Assembly: GCA_001643675.2 (NCBI GenBank)
Contig: LSRY02000031.1
Span: forward strand, 1-64,000
Source of the DNA: Monocercomonoides exilis PA203
Taxonomy: Eukaryota; Protista; Preaxostyla
Direction of reading: 5' to 3'
DNA length: 64,000 nucleotides
This document shows positions 21,631 to 32,096 of this stretch, one piece after another; position 1 is the stretch's first letter; each line of letters opens with the position of its first letter. The translations under genes were made by a program, and so were the position numbers. Below the pieces are notes generated by a model. The model worked only from the letters and a program-made list of their open reading frames with translations, did no database searches and was not told the origin of the DNA.

Positions 21631-23391
21631 TCATTCTTCTAATTCTCCAGTTGGAGTATATCCTAACGCTCTTAACACATCTTCTGCAGTATGATCTTTA
21701 ACATATTGAACATTTAGTCCATCTTTTAGGCTAAAAATCCAAAATGATTGTTGAACCATGTTGAATAGAGGAGCGGGAGGATGTCTTGCATTTTGAGTGA
21801 GATCATCTCTAACGTTGTAATAAGTATCTGTTTCTCCACTGTATATGGGAGTTCCTCTGAGTTCAACAGAAACAGGAGTATTTCCAGTGTGAATTCCATC
21901 AAAACAGATTCCAGTTCCACCACTTCTCTCACACTGTGTTGTGAACATGAATGATGTATCATCAGTAGTTGGAAAGAAGACTTCAGAAGCATTATTTTTG
22001 ACACTTGTGAGACTCTCTTCATACTCCTCAGTAGCAGGGAATAAAGAATCAAGATCTGAAGCATTAAGCATCATCTGGAAAAACGTTGCATCTGTAGTAT
22101 TTAAAGGCTTTTCAGGGAATCGTCTATCACCGATGTAGAGTTGGAGCTCTTTATATTGAGGGTTATCAAATGAAGTCCAATGACGAGTATCTTTTTGGAA
22201 TTGAGTAACTGTTGACATCACATGATTAAAGCATAAGTTGTCATGGCACTGTTGAAATCCTGAAGGAGTAGGAGCACTTCCTAATCTTTTTGTCTCAATT
22301 CTTTGTGAAGGAACAACAAATGGATGAGAAGAGAAGTATTCAACAAGATTTGTCAAGCACTGAGAAGACACACTATAACCCGCAATAGAGATCTCACAGT
22401 CTTTCGTCTGACAGAATGTGACTGTGGGAGTAAACTCAGGAATAATAGTTTCATAATTGAATCCATCAACAGTTCCTTCAGCAGTTAAGTCATAATTAAA
22501 TACAAACTGACGTGAGGGACAGTTTATTTGTGTGAACTTCTTTGCATACTCAAAACATGAATCAGGAGTAGTAAGGATCATCTTCATTATGCTATCGTAG
22601 TTTTGTCCTTGTGAAGATTTGAAGTAGTTTCTTCGTTTTCCTACAGTTTTGATCATGGACATTTTTGGAGATACTCGACAGTAAACAAGTGCTTCAGGTT
22701 TTATGGTGAATTTAAGTTTCAAATTTCCGAATAAACGATTTGGATAATCAATAAATCCTGAAAACAGAAGTATATCATCAAGTGGAATAGATATTGGAAT
22801 ATCAATATCCAGATAAGATCCTGCTTTTATTTGTGTTATCGGAACGTAGACTCCACAAGCAGAATTATCATATTTGTGCACGTTATCATATAAAGAGTGT
22901 ATATGTTTTCGATTGTCTTTCTCAGTTTTTGGCTTGATTGTGTTATAAATAAATGATTCAATAGTTGCATTGGGCTGACGAGTCGAATCAATAATCTTAT
23001 CTTCTCCATGAACAACACAATAATCTGAGATAATATTTGATCCTGATCTCAGTCCGATGAACATAAATTGAGACTCAAGCAGTTTCTTTCATGCTTGTGA
23101 GATCTCATTATCGCGTGTAACAAGATCATGAGAGAAATTAATTCTTGCAGTAATGACTGTAGTTATAAATGAATCGTGAATTTGTGTGACATCCACATTT
23201 GCGTTAGTCATCGATATGTTTATTTCATGAGTGTAATCCAAAGGAAGTTTTTCATCAGGAATAGCTTCTGAAATTGAATAATAGTGTCTTCCATCGTTGA
23301 TTGCAGTCATTTTTGAATAAGTTTTTAATGCAGCCTCAATATTTCCAACAGGCTGTAACCCAAGTGCTTTTGTAACATGAAGATTTGACAT
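21631..23391 (-). CDS. Putative double jelly-roll major capsid protein (~586 codons, in-frame TGA at 23089-23091)
   Basis: ORFs 23089-23391 and 21631-23064 share a frame (ISQA*KKLLESQFMFIG). Beta-strand-rich, largest structural-module ORF, between penton and ATPase. The fold is inferred from context. Confidence 0.65.
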
Positions 23392-23449
23392 TTCGTATTT
23401 AATAGAAGATAAAAACTTGAAGAATAAAATTTTTCATCGCTATCAAAAT

Positions 23450-23803
23450 ATGTCAGCTGGAATTTGGAACAAAATGAAAAATTTTTTCTCGAATACATTT
23501 AATACTGTTAAAAATGGTATTAAATGGGTAAACGATAAGGTAGTGAAGCCTCTTGTTCGACCTGTATTGAATACTGTATCACCATTCCTTCCTGGTCCTG
23601 GAAAACTTATTTATAACGTTGTCAACACAGAAAGTGATTTTGCTGATAATGCCCTAGGAAACAGAAGCAGAAACATCTCTTACGATCTCCAAAATTCTAA
23701 TAATTCAGGAGCATTAATCAGATCAGGAGGAATGAATCGAGCAACATCGAGTACATCAGATATTCTAAAGCAAGGATTGCTTAACAGAAGAGTTCAACTA
23801 TAA
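23450..23803 (+). CDS. Small basic protein with N-terminal amphipathic helix (adenovirus protein VI-like)
   Basis: MSAGIWNKMKNFFSNTFNTVKNGIKWVNDKVVKP; divergent from the MCP gene. Confidence 0.6.
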   Translation: MSAGIWNKMKNFFSNTFNTVKNGIKWVNDKVVKPLVRPVLNTVSPFLPGPGKLIYNVVNTESDFADNALGNRSRNISYDLQNSNNSGALIRSGGMNRATSSTSDILKQGLLNRRVQL

Positions 23804-23883
23804 AAATAAAACTATTAATAAAATCCACAAAAATATTTTTAACTTTATAAATGTTATTTTTTATTTTTGTATTTATTATTTGT

Positions 23884-24885
23884 TTAAAATTGTTCTTCTT
23901 CGATATCCATCTTGTCAGAAATCGCTGAAGATAAAGAAGACGAAGAAGCTGACGATGAACTTGTGCCTTGATTAGATTTGATAAATATTTCAATAAAAGG
24001 ATTCTGAAGATCCGGATTTGTATTTATTAATGGCACAAAATTTGTCAAAGGATTTTGAGAAGTGAATATCATTTTTGCAACTTGAATCGTTGTTGGAGCA
24101 TATCTTTTTATGAGAACATCGAAATCGTCATCAGTTAATCGAGAGTAGAATGCTTTCCAATACTTCCTGTGCTTTGATATCACATTTTCTTTATCGATAA
24201 ACATATTGTAAATACCGATATTTGGATTGATAGCCATCATCATATCATGAATCAAACACTGTCTGTATATTACAGAATTAATTTTTGTTAGATGCTGACT
24301 GTACGTGAATTTCTTATTTTCACATAATTTTCTCACCTCATCACTTGTGTTGAAACTTAATTGAAACTTCTCAAGGATCTGTGCAACTACTCTCTTTTTG
24401 AAATCAATATCCATTCTGTCAACTTGTCCTTTATGAAGATTCTTCAAATAATCAACGTATTTGTTCTCACGTCTGTCATTCAAGTTTGGATATTTATCAA
24501 TATAATTACGTATAAGTTTTCTTCTCTTGCACTCATTTCCTGTTGTGTATCCATCAACAGCATATATATCGTTATTAGGAGTTTTCCAAATGATCTTATC
24601 GGGAGTATCAGGGTTGTTATCATGATCTATTGAATCGAAACTCCAATCTTTTCCTTCTTTCCAAAGTTTATTTCGTTTCAGATAGTTTTTCCCTGACTGT
24701 TCACTCATCAGATCTTTAATATATCGTATTTCCTGTTGTTGATCAAGTACAATATGTTTCAATTCATCCATTCCAAGTTTTGCTTTTGGACCACCTGCAT
24801 GTGCCTTTTTTCTATTGGTGGGATCTGATGAAAATAGTGATATTCCTTTTTTTGGTAACTCAAGCAGATTAAGACTGTTAAACAT
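23884..24885 (-). CDS. Hypothetical viral protein (333 aa)
   Basis: Intact ORF in the element, with the shared upstream TTTTTATCTT motif. Confidence 0.75.
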   Translation of the reverse strand: MFNSLNLLELPKKGISLFSSDPTNRKKAHAGGPKAKLGMDELKHIVLDQQQEIRYIKDLMSEQSGKNYLKRNKLWKEGKDWSFDSIDHDNNPDTPDKIIWKTPNNDIYAVDGYTTGNECKRRKLIRNYIDKYPNLNDRRENKYVDYLKNLHKGQVDRMDIDFKKRVVAQILEKFQLSFNTSDEVRKLCENKKFTYSQHLTKINSVIYRQCLIHDMMMAINPNIGIYNMFIDKENVISKHRKYWKAFYSRLTDDDFDVLIKRYAPTTIQVAKMIFTSQNPLTNFVPLINTNPDLQNPFIEIFIKSNQGTSSSSASSSSLSSAISDKMDIEEEQF

Positions 24886-24949
24886 CAATAGTTCTTTTAT
24901 ACAAGATAAAAATGTTTTAATCAGATTAAAATACTAATTAATTATCATT

Positions 24950-25927
24950 ATGAAAAGTGGACTAATTCTTCCTGCGTCCCTCGTAGGAAGCAGCGATTCT
25001 CCAAAGGAGTTTCGAAGCTCACTTGAGCGAGAGAGATCGCAGCTTCTAAAAGAAATCAACTCGAGATCCTTAGAGACAATCGTGAATAGAAGAAACAGGG
25101 AGGCAGAATTAGATATCACACATGAGATACAATCATACATACATCCAGATCTGTTTTTCAAACGCAATTCTGTTAATTTGCTAGTCGGAGGAAGAGGAAG
25201 TGGAAAAACATATAGTGTATTGAAAGAATTAGCTAAAGTTAGTGCATTAGATGAATTATATCAAGAATATGATGTCACTCCTGAGTTGCATTTTGGAGGC
25301 TATTCATTATTTGTGTATGTGTCTGACAAGAGCAGTGATCAGACATATGAGAGGATGAAGAAATTTATTGAATTTCCAATTGTGCAAGTGAGATATAATG
25401 AAGCTTTGAAAACACTAACTGATATCAGTAATGCCAAAGAACTATATCGTGACATACGCAATAGAAAACAACAGGATGAATCAGTTGTGAATGCTGTATT
25501 AGAGACACTGCATATAGAAGACTTTTCTCAACCTGTTCATCACACAGCAGTTTTATTTGATGATTGCATGGAGATGTTTAAAAAGAAAGATGGGATATTT
25601 AGATTACTGTTTGAGAATAGACAGCCTATGATCACATACTTCTTATGCTTACAAGATCCAAAAGGAATATGCTCGGAAGTGAAAGCTAATTTGGATACTA
25701 TGTGGATATTTGGAGGATTCTCCAAATTGAAGTTCAATTATGTATATTATCAGCTGCAGACTAATCAAGATCGTGATACTCTATGGGAACGCTACAAAAA
25801 TTTAAGCAGAAGAGACATCATGCACTTCTCATATGATGACGATGGTACAAAAATAAAGACCATTATTAATGCTAAAAAAGAAGACAACAGAACGGCTTTA
25901 AACGTGAGATACGTTCGACACCTTTAA
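24950..25927 (+). CDS. A32/FtsK-HerA-type DNA packaging ATPase
   Basis: LLVGGRGSGKT (Walker A), AVLFDD (Walker B), RQ..ITYFLCLQ (Arg finger/Gln motif), KANLD. Confidence 0.92.
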   Translation: MKSGLILPASLVGSSDSPKEFRSSLERERSQLLKEINSRSLETIVNRRNREAELDITHEIQSYIHPDLFFKRNSVNLLVGGRGSGKTYSVLKELAKVSALDELYQEYDVTPELHFGGYSLFVYVSDKSSDQTYERMKKFIEFPIVQVRYNEALKTLTDISNAKELYRDIRNRKQQDESVVNAVLETLHIEDFSQPVHHTAVLFDDCMEMFKKKDGIFRLLFENRQPMITYFLCLQDPKGICSEVKANLDTMWIFGGFSKLKFNYVYYQLQTNQDRDTLWERYKNLSRRDIMHFSYDDDGTKIKTIINAKKEDNRTALNVRYVRHL

Positions 25928-26271
25928 AGCAGTCTATTATTTTTCAGAGTTTCTACAACGATTTCCATTTGTTTTGACAGAATATTGATTGCATCAATAA
26001 TTTCAGAATTGTTCGATAAATTTTTCGACAAGTAGTTATTTGAAGATTTCTTTAGTGATATCTTGTTATTGAGTTTGGTGATTCTATATCCTTCTATGTG
26101 ATATTGCTTATTGAGTTCACATGTTAATAGCTTATTCATCTCTTCTTCATTATCTGTTAGATATTCTTTAAACTCCTGAACTGTTTCAAATGTTTTTATA
26201 TCAGGTGAAAAAGGTTCAATTATTGTTATATCTGGTAATTCTTTTTTAATAGTTTTAGCTGTTTTTGACAT
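25924..26271 (-). CDS. Hypothetical viral protein (115 aa)
   Basis: Intact ORF with upstream TTTTATCTTC motif; LNKQYHIEGYRITK core. Confidence 0.7.
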   Translation of the reverse strand: MSKTAKTIKKELPDITIIEPFSPDIKTFETVQEFKEYLTDNEEEMNKLLTCELNKQYHIEGYRITKLNNKISLKKSSNNYLSKNLSNNSEIIDAINILSKQMEIVVETLKNNRLL

Positions 26272-26299
26272 CTTTTTAAAGAAGATAAAATATATTTAT

Positions 26300-26566
26300 T
26301 CATTGCTGTTCATCACAATATTTACTATAAGCCTCTTCAATAGAAATATATTTAGCATTATTGAGAATAGTTTGGACCTCCTTTAAAGTTTCTTCACTTT
26401 CGAACATGTGTTTTGAAAGCATTTTTATGACTGCTTGTTGAATTGCGTGTGAATGCTTTTTGAAGAACTCATTTTGTAATTTGTATCTTTCTTGTCTTTT
26501 TCTTATTTGCTGCAGTTGTATTGCTTTTGCTTCTTCTTCTGATGCATATAACTTCTTTCTTCCCAT
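26300..26566 (-). CDS. Small basic helical protein, possible DNA-binding
   Basis: MGRKKLYASEEEAK followed by a basic helix. Confidence 0.6.
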   Translation of the reverse strand: MGRKKLYASEEEAKAIQLQQIRKRQERYKLQNEFFKKHSHAIQQAVIKMLSKHMFESEETLKEVQTILNNAKYISIEEAYSKYCDEQQ

Positions 26567-26643
26567 TGAATTTTAAAATGAATAAAAAAAATATTTAAAT
26601 AATATTTTTAACTAATTATTTATATTTTCAATCACATTTTTTT

Positions 26644-26970
26644 TCATGTGTCACTTTTCAATTTAGATTTATCCATTAAAATATCTTCTGTTTTTACTTC
26701 ATAAAATCCTCTGCACAACTTTTCATACTCCCATTTTTGAGCTGCTTTTAAAAAAGGATAATGAGGGTAACATCCCTTGCTTCTTATGTTATGCAAATCT
26801 TCGCAAAACCTTTTATCTCCAAGATCTTTATGAGTGTATATTATTCTTCTGTGTCCACAGTCTAAATGAATTATCTTGCATATATCACATCCGATATTTT
26901 TGAATGCTTCTATCACTTCTCCATCGTTGTATCTGCGTCCTTTTTTCCATGTAATTAAATGAACTGACAT
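26644..26970 (-). CDS. Hypothetical viral protein starting inside the right TIR
   Basis: The ATG and first codons (MSVH) lie within TIR 26959-27190. Confidence 0.6.
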   Translation of the reverse strand: MSVHLITWKKGRRYNDGEVIEAFKNIGCDICKIIHLDCGHRRIIYTHKDLGDKRFCEDLHNIRSKGCYPHYPFLKAAQKWEYEKLCRGFYEVKTEDILMDKSKLKSDT

Positions 26971-27190
26971 TTTTATTATGAATTAAAATAATGAACTGAA
27001 ATAATTTAAAACAGTAAATATTTTAGATCACACTAAAGCATGTGAAAAAACACCTCATTTTTCAAATATTAATACTTAATTTAAGTTGAAATTTATGAAT
27101 TTTCTTGTTTGATGTTATTTGGAGCCGTAATGTGAGTAATTTGGGCAACATTTTAAAATGTGGGTTTAATTACTCGCATTATATAGTAGT
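26959..27190 (-). repeat. Right terminal inverted repeat of the Polinton-like element
   Basis: Ends ...CTCGCATTATATAGTAGT, followed by ACCT. Confidence 0.97.
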
Positions 27191-27949
27191 ACCTTTATGA
27201 GTCGTAACAAATTGCAATCACCTTTTCCAACTATCAAACCATTGAAAAATTATATCTTTTGAAATTTTAAGAAGAATTTTTGAATTTCAGGAACGAATTG
27301 TTCAAATATCTGGAAACTCCAAACTTTAACAAATTGAAGCTTATCATGTATTTGATCAGCTTACAAACCGATTAACGAACAAAATTCAGTTTTATCGAAT
27401 ATTTTTTGATATTTTTATTTTCAATTTCCCATTTTTTATTATTTTTGCAAAGAAATATGGACCACCCTATATAATAAGAAATTTAAGAGCATCAAAAATT
27501 GCAACAGATAAAATAATTTATAAATAGAGCCTATCTGTCAAGTTCTAATTGTTCAAAAACAATTAAATTTGCAATTTCAATTCAAGATATATCGATTTAT
27601 TTCAACTTCGAGTAACGTTCTATCTTACCACGTTACAATCAAATCCATAAAAGATCTTCGTTTTTTCCCCTTCTTCTTCTTCCTCCTCATTTTCTCCTTT
27701 TCTCTTCATTGCATCATGATTTATGCATTTCAGTATCAATCCATCATTTCAATCTTCTTCATCTTTTCCTTCTTGAACTTTCTTTTTTCTTTTTTATTCA
27801 TCCACAGATAGACTCAATTAATATCATTATTCATCTTTTTAAAATGGTGAACTGCAGCAACTGATTGACCCTTCAGTTCCGAATGTTTTTACTGTTTTGA
27901 AATAGACAACTAATATCTGGACGAATGCGATGTGGTGTTTTTATTGATG

Positions 27950-29450
27950 CTTTTTGTTTTGGTACTATATAGTTATTATATCTTTGAGGTTTGTCTTTAT
28001 CTTTTTCGTATACTCATTTTCTTTCACCGAAACGATATATATGTCTTCTTCTTCATTCTCAATGCAAAGAAAAGAAGAGAAGAATACAGAAGAATTAGAA
28101 GGAGATGAGCAGTCATTGTTGTCTTTGATGCAAACTCGAGAAATCAGCCCTTCCTACGTGTCTACAACGTGATGAGCTATAACGACAAGGCAGCATGTTA
28201 TTTATCGAAAAGGATCTTTGAAAAATGTTTGCAATTACTCTGCGAGCATTTTGAGTTTTGAAATTTTTTTCGCTTTCATTGATAAAAGCGTTGGAGGGGG
28301 TAAAGTCAGTTATAAACGGATTTTCGTCGAGGAAAATATAAACGTGCTTCTCTCGATCATCTGATCAATTTTTTCAGTCTCCGTTTCCAACGAAGATCTT
28401 GCTGTGAGCATTGCTCTCTCTCCAGTCAACACTGCAAGCGGAAAAACAACTCAAAGAAGTGATATGAAAAGTGCTAACATAGTGAAGAGAAGAATAAATT
28501 GCATTAATTGCGAATAATGGGCCATGGCCGTTGTTGGATAACGCAAGACAATTTCACTGCTTTGATTGCGCTGGCTGTGCTGGAGGAGCGAGAAGAAGCA
28601 GAGGAAGGAGAAAAGGGAGGCAAAGAGGGAAGCAAAGATGGAGAAGAAGAAGAAGGGAGAGAAGGAGGTGATGGGAATGAGGAGAAAGGCGTGTATATGA
28701 CATCGCGCAGGGAATTTGTGGAAAGAATAAAAGAGAATCAGGGGAAGCAGGAAAATACGATGTCACCGCTGGTTGTGGAGGCGCTTGAGCTGAGTTGGTT
28801 GAGATTTGTGAAAGCAGTTGCAAAGGCTGAGGCTGACACTGAAGCGGGTCCAGACAAGCAGCATTCTGTGGAACCTGAAGTGCACAGTTCTTCTCCATCT
28901 GATGGCTTTCAACGAGAAATTTCAAGAGCAGAAAAGAATTGGGCTTCGGTAGTGCACAAACATTTGATAGTACAGCCATTTTACAAACCAGAGCCGTTGC
29001 ATATGTTTCATAAGAAGTTATCAATGTTGATTTTGGGAGCTAAACATTGAATTTGATAAGGAAAGAAAGTTGCTAAAATCAAAGGCAATTTAAAGAACAT
29101 CTTATTGCTGGTGTTGTGAGGTTTGTAAAATGATATTAATCATCTTGGATTGCCTTGCAAACTGCTTTGTTTTGACTGAAAAAGATAAACTGACAAGTTA
29201 AGATCTGTATGTAACATTGAATGTGAACCAATAAGGTTTAAAGGAGAAGAACGAAGAATGTGAGAAATTTATTACGAAGAAATGATTTGCTCAGATGAAC
29301 ACGATTCCATAGAGATAAAAGGAGGAGAAGAAAAAACAGATAAAAGGAAATTGAGAGAAGGTTCAAATTTGGATTACAGGCTATTATTAAACAGACAAAG
29401 GTTTATAGAGATGAAATCAAATGATACAAGGGCAGAAGTTTAGTAATCTT
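27950..29450 (+). pseudogene. Decayed host-like gene fragment inside the hAT element
   Basis: Coding-like, Glu/Gly-rich ORF 28508-29050 with stop-interrupted flanks; no family assigned. Confidence 0.4.
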
Positions 29451-32096
29451 GAAATGAATAAACTTGCAAAAAGAACATTTTAATGGCAAAGAAATTTTGT
29501 GCCAGTTAGAGAAGATATTATTAGAATTCCCATCGTAGAATAAACACAAAATTTTCAAGATCTTTTTTAATATTTTGTTCGAAACAAAATAACAATTGTT
29601 CCATTGTGCTTTTCAAAACAATTGATGTTTTATTTGACAGTTATCTTTAATTCCTTGTTAATGTCTCATTGCAAATTTTCATCTCATTTTTTTCAAATAA
29701 ATAATAAAAAAAAGAACGTCATTGTTTTTTCATATTGAAAATCTTTCAAAACATCAAAGACTTTTATTTCAAAACTTGTAATGTCGTATTGACAAGACTT
29801 GATTCGGAAGAAATGAAAAAAATCAACTTCAAAAATAAATATATATATATATATATTTATTCTTTTATTTGCAGTTTTTTTGTCTCTCTTTTGATCAAAT
29901 CAATAATCTCACTTTCTTATTATCTCTCTTGTTTTCTTTAATTTTTTCTCAAATTCAACTTCCAAGTTAAACTTCATATTCAAATATTTTCTTCCTTTCA
30001 TTCAAAAAATCTTTTCCATCTTCTCAATTCTATTTCCTTTCTGAATCCTCTTCAAAATTGTCTCTTCATTCTCTTTCTCTTTCTCTTTCTCCTCTTCTTT
30101 CATTCTTCTTCTCATTTATTTTTGAATATTTCCTTTGGCTGTATAATTGATCAGTTTTTTTTTCTTTCTCTCTTAATCTCTGAAGATGAAACAGATCATG
30201 AATAAATTCAATCCGATGAAGTAAATGAATATAAAAAAGGAGATGCTATTTGAAATGTCGATGATGTATTTAAAGAAAAAGAAGAAGAAGATGAAGATGG
30301 TAAAAGAATCGAATAAGACGATTAATTGTTGAAAATTGAGAAGATGAGTATTAATTAATGTCAACGGAGAAATTCATTGAAATTCTTTTCTTCTGGATTT
30401 TGTCTTCTTCTGCAAAGGAAAAATCTCTGAACATTTTTCACTTTCAGTTCAATCATCCCTCCTCGCCAACAAAAAATACAAAGCACGTGTCAATCTCTTT
30501 TTCATTCAATCTCTTCTTTTTTCGCTTCCCTTATTTCACAAAAAAATCATCTTCCCTCAAAAATAATTCTTTGTCAAAGCCCAAAGCCAGGCATCTTCGA
30601 TTAATCTTGAATTTCATCTGTCTGTCTTTATTTTTCCTTTCCTGCTTTTCTTTTTATTCTTCAAAGCCATCTTATCCTTCGCTCTTTCAACAGCTAAATG
30701 AAAAAAACTGTTTTTCTTCAAAAAAAAAAATTACTGCAAACCTTCAGAACCAATATTCAATTCAATTTCAATGTTTTATTCAATTTGAAACTGTTTTCTT
30801 CAATTCAGTTTCATTATCCCTTCCTTTTTCAGTTTGTTCAATTTATTCTTCAATTTAACTTCCAAGTCCATTCATCCTGGGCACTTTCCATATGAACTCG
30901 CTGTCTAAAACTTGACGGTTAGCCAACATAACGAGATATCAAACTTTCATTCATTTCCAACTCCGATCCTGAAAAAAACATAAAACCTATCAATAGGCAA
31001 ATTTTCAATAATGCAAACCAAACAACTTTCCTTGAATGAGAGCTTATAATTGAAAAGATAAAAATATTTCTAAGTATAAATATAACAAAAATAATGGTTC
31101 ATTTTTTTTTTGAAACTGAACCAATAACAAAGTCATTTGTCATAGTAGAAAATAGCTGAATAAATTTTATGAAAAGACATCCATGTTAAAAAGCCTTTTT
31201 GAATAAAGATTAGAAAAAAAAACATTCTGACGTGAAAAAATTCTGCTGAATGACGTAACCATCGATTTTTCGATCCGTCACCCAGGCTTATGTCGATCAT
31301 ACCATCAACAATATTTGAAATATGGGTAATTCTTTTTGAAAAGTCGCTACAGATCAAAATATTGTCCCATCGCAGTAAATATAAATACACTCCGTGACCA
31401 TTATTCAACATTTGTTTTTCATATTTTAAATTTGTGTTTTTTTTATCATGAAAAACAAAAGGATGGAAAAAAAAACTGTTTTCAAAAATTTTTGAATATT
31501 GCTTTTTGATCAATTTTGTAAATTTGATTTAATGGTGATATTACAATTTTTATTTGTCATTGCACTTGCTTCTTTGCAACACATTTGTGGTGTAATCGAT
31601 TTCAAGAGTTTATGAATTGAAAAATCAGTTTGATTTATCAAATACTAAATTTTATAGTTGTTGTGTTTATCTACTTTTAGAGAAAAGCGATTACGTTGGG
31701 TACGGACGAATCATGTTTTTGTTTCTAATGGACTATTCTGCATTTACTGTTTCATATGTGGAAGAGGATTTGCTGACATTTAAATTCAAAATCACATCTG
31801 CGGAACATTGTTTAATTACTGCTTTTTTCCATTGCAATGCATGCTTAAAAGGCAGACATGACGCTGTTCTCCAAAATTCTTCAGCTTATAACAAGTGATT
31901 CCACATGCTATTTAACAAGGAAAACATTAAAAGGAGAAAGTGCAAAATATAACTCAGTTGATATGAGTGAACAGCTTAATTTCAAATGAGGAAGAATTAG
32001 ATTCGTTTCATTGGTTCAAACACAACCAAATGAAAATGATTTATTCACTTCCTCAACAACATCCAAACTACACCAGATGGCATTCTTCCAACACCT

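Larger units (their letters stand above)
7229..27190. mobile_element. Full-length endogenous Polinton/Maverick-like virus (19,962 bp)
   Basis: 232-bp TIRs and ACCT duplicated at 7225-7228 and 27191-27194. Contains pPolB, integrase, packaging ATPase, putative MCP/penton, primase-helicase and KilA-N genes, densely packed and apparently intronless. Confidence 0.96.
7142..27469. mobile_element. Mariner-like MITE (~360 bp) split by the Polinton insertion
   Basis: TA|TAGGGTGGTCCATA at 7142 and TATGGACCACCCTA|TA ending at 27469. The exact TA register is ambiguous by 2 bp. Confidence 0.8.
6549..31290. mobile_element. hAT-type element with 14-bp TIRs and 8-bp TSD (non-autonomous, carries cargo and nested inserts)
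   Basis: TAAGCCTGGGTGAC (6549-6562) and GTCACCCAGGCTTA (31277-31290). Identical TGTCGATC flanks at 6541-6548 and 31291-31298. TGAC subterminal repeats near both ends. Confidence 0.88.

Noticed and set aside
8557-23091. In-frame stops in pPolB (TGA), integrase (TAA), fibre (TAA, TGA) and MCP (TGA) as evidence of an alternative genetic code or programmed readthrough
   Set aside because: The stops are of mixed type and appear to replace different residues (likely Trp, Gly and others). All three stop codons also end genes normally, frameshifts co-occur, and the count is in line with ~2% TIR divergence. Neutral decay or sequencing error is simpler.
31386-31400. TA|CACTCCGTGACCA as another Tc1-like terminus
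   Set aside because: No inverted partner found in the window.
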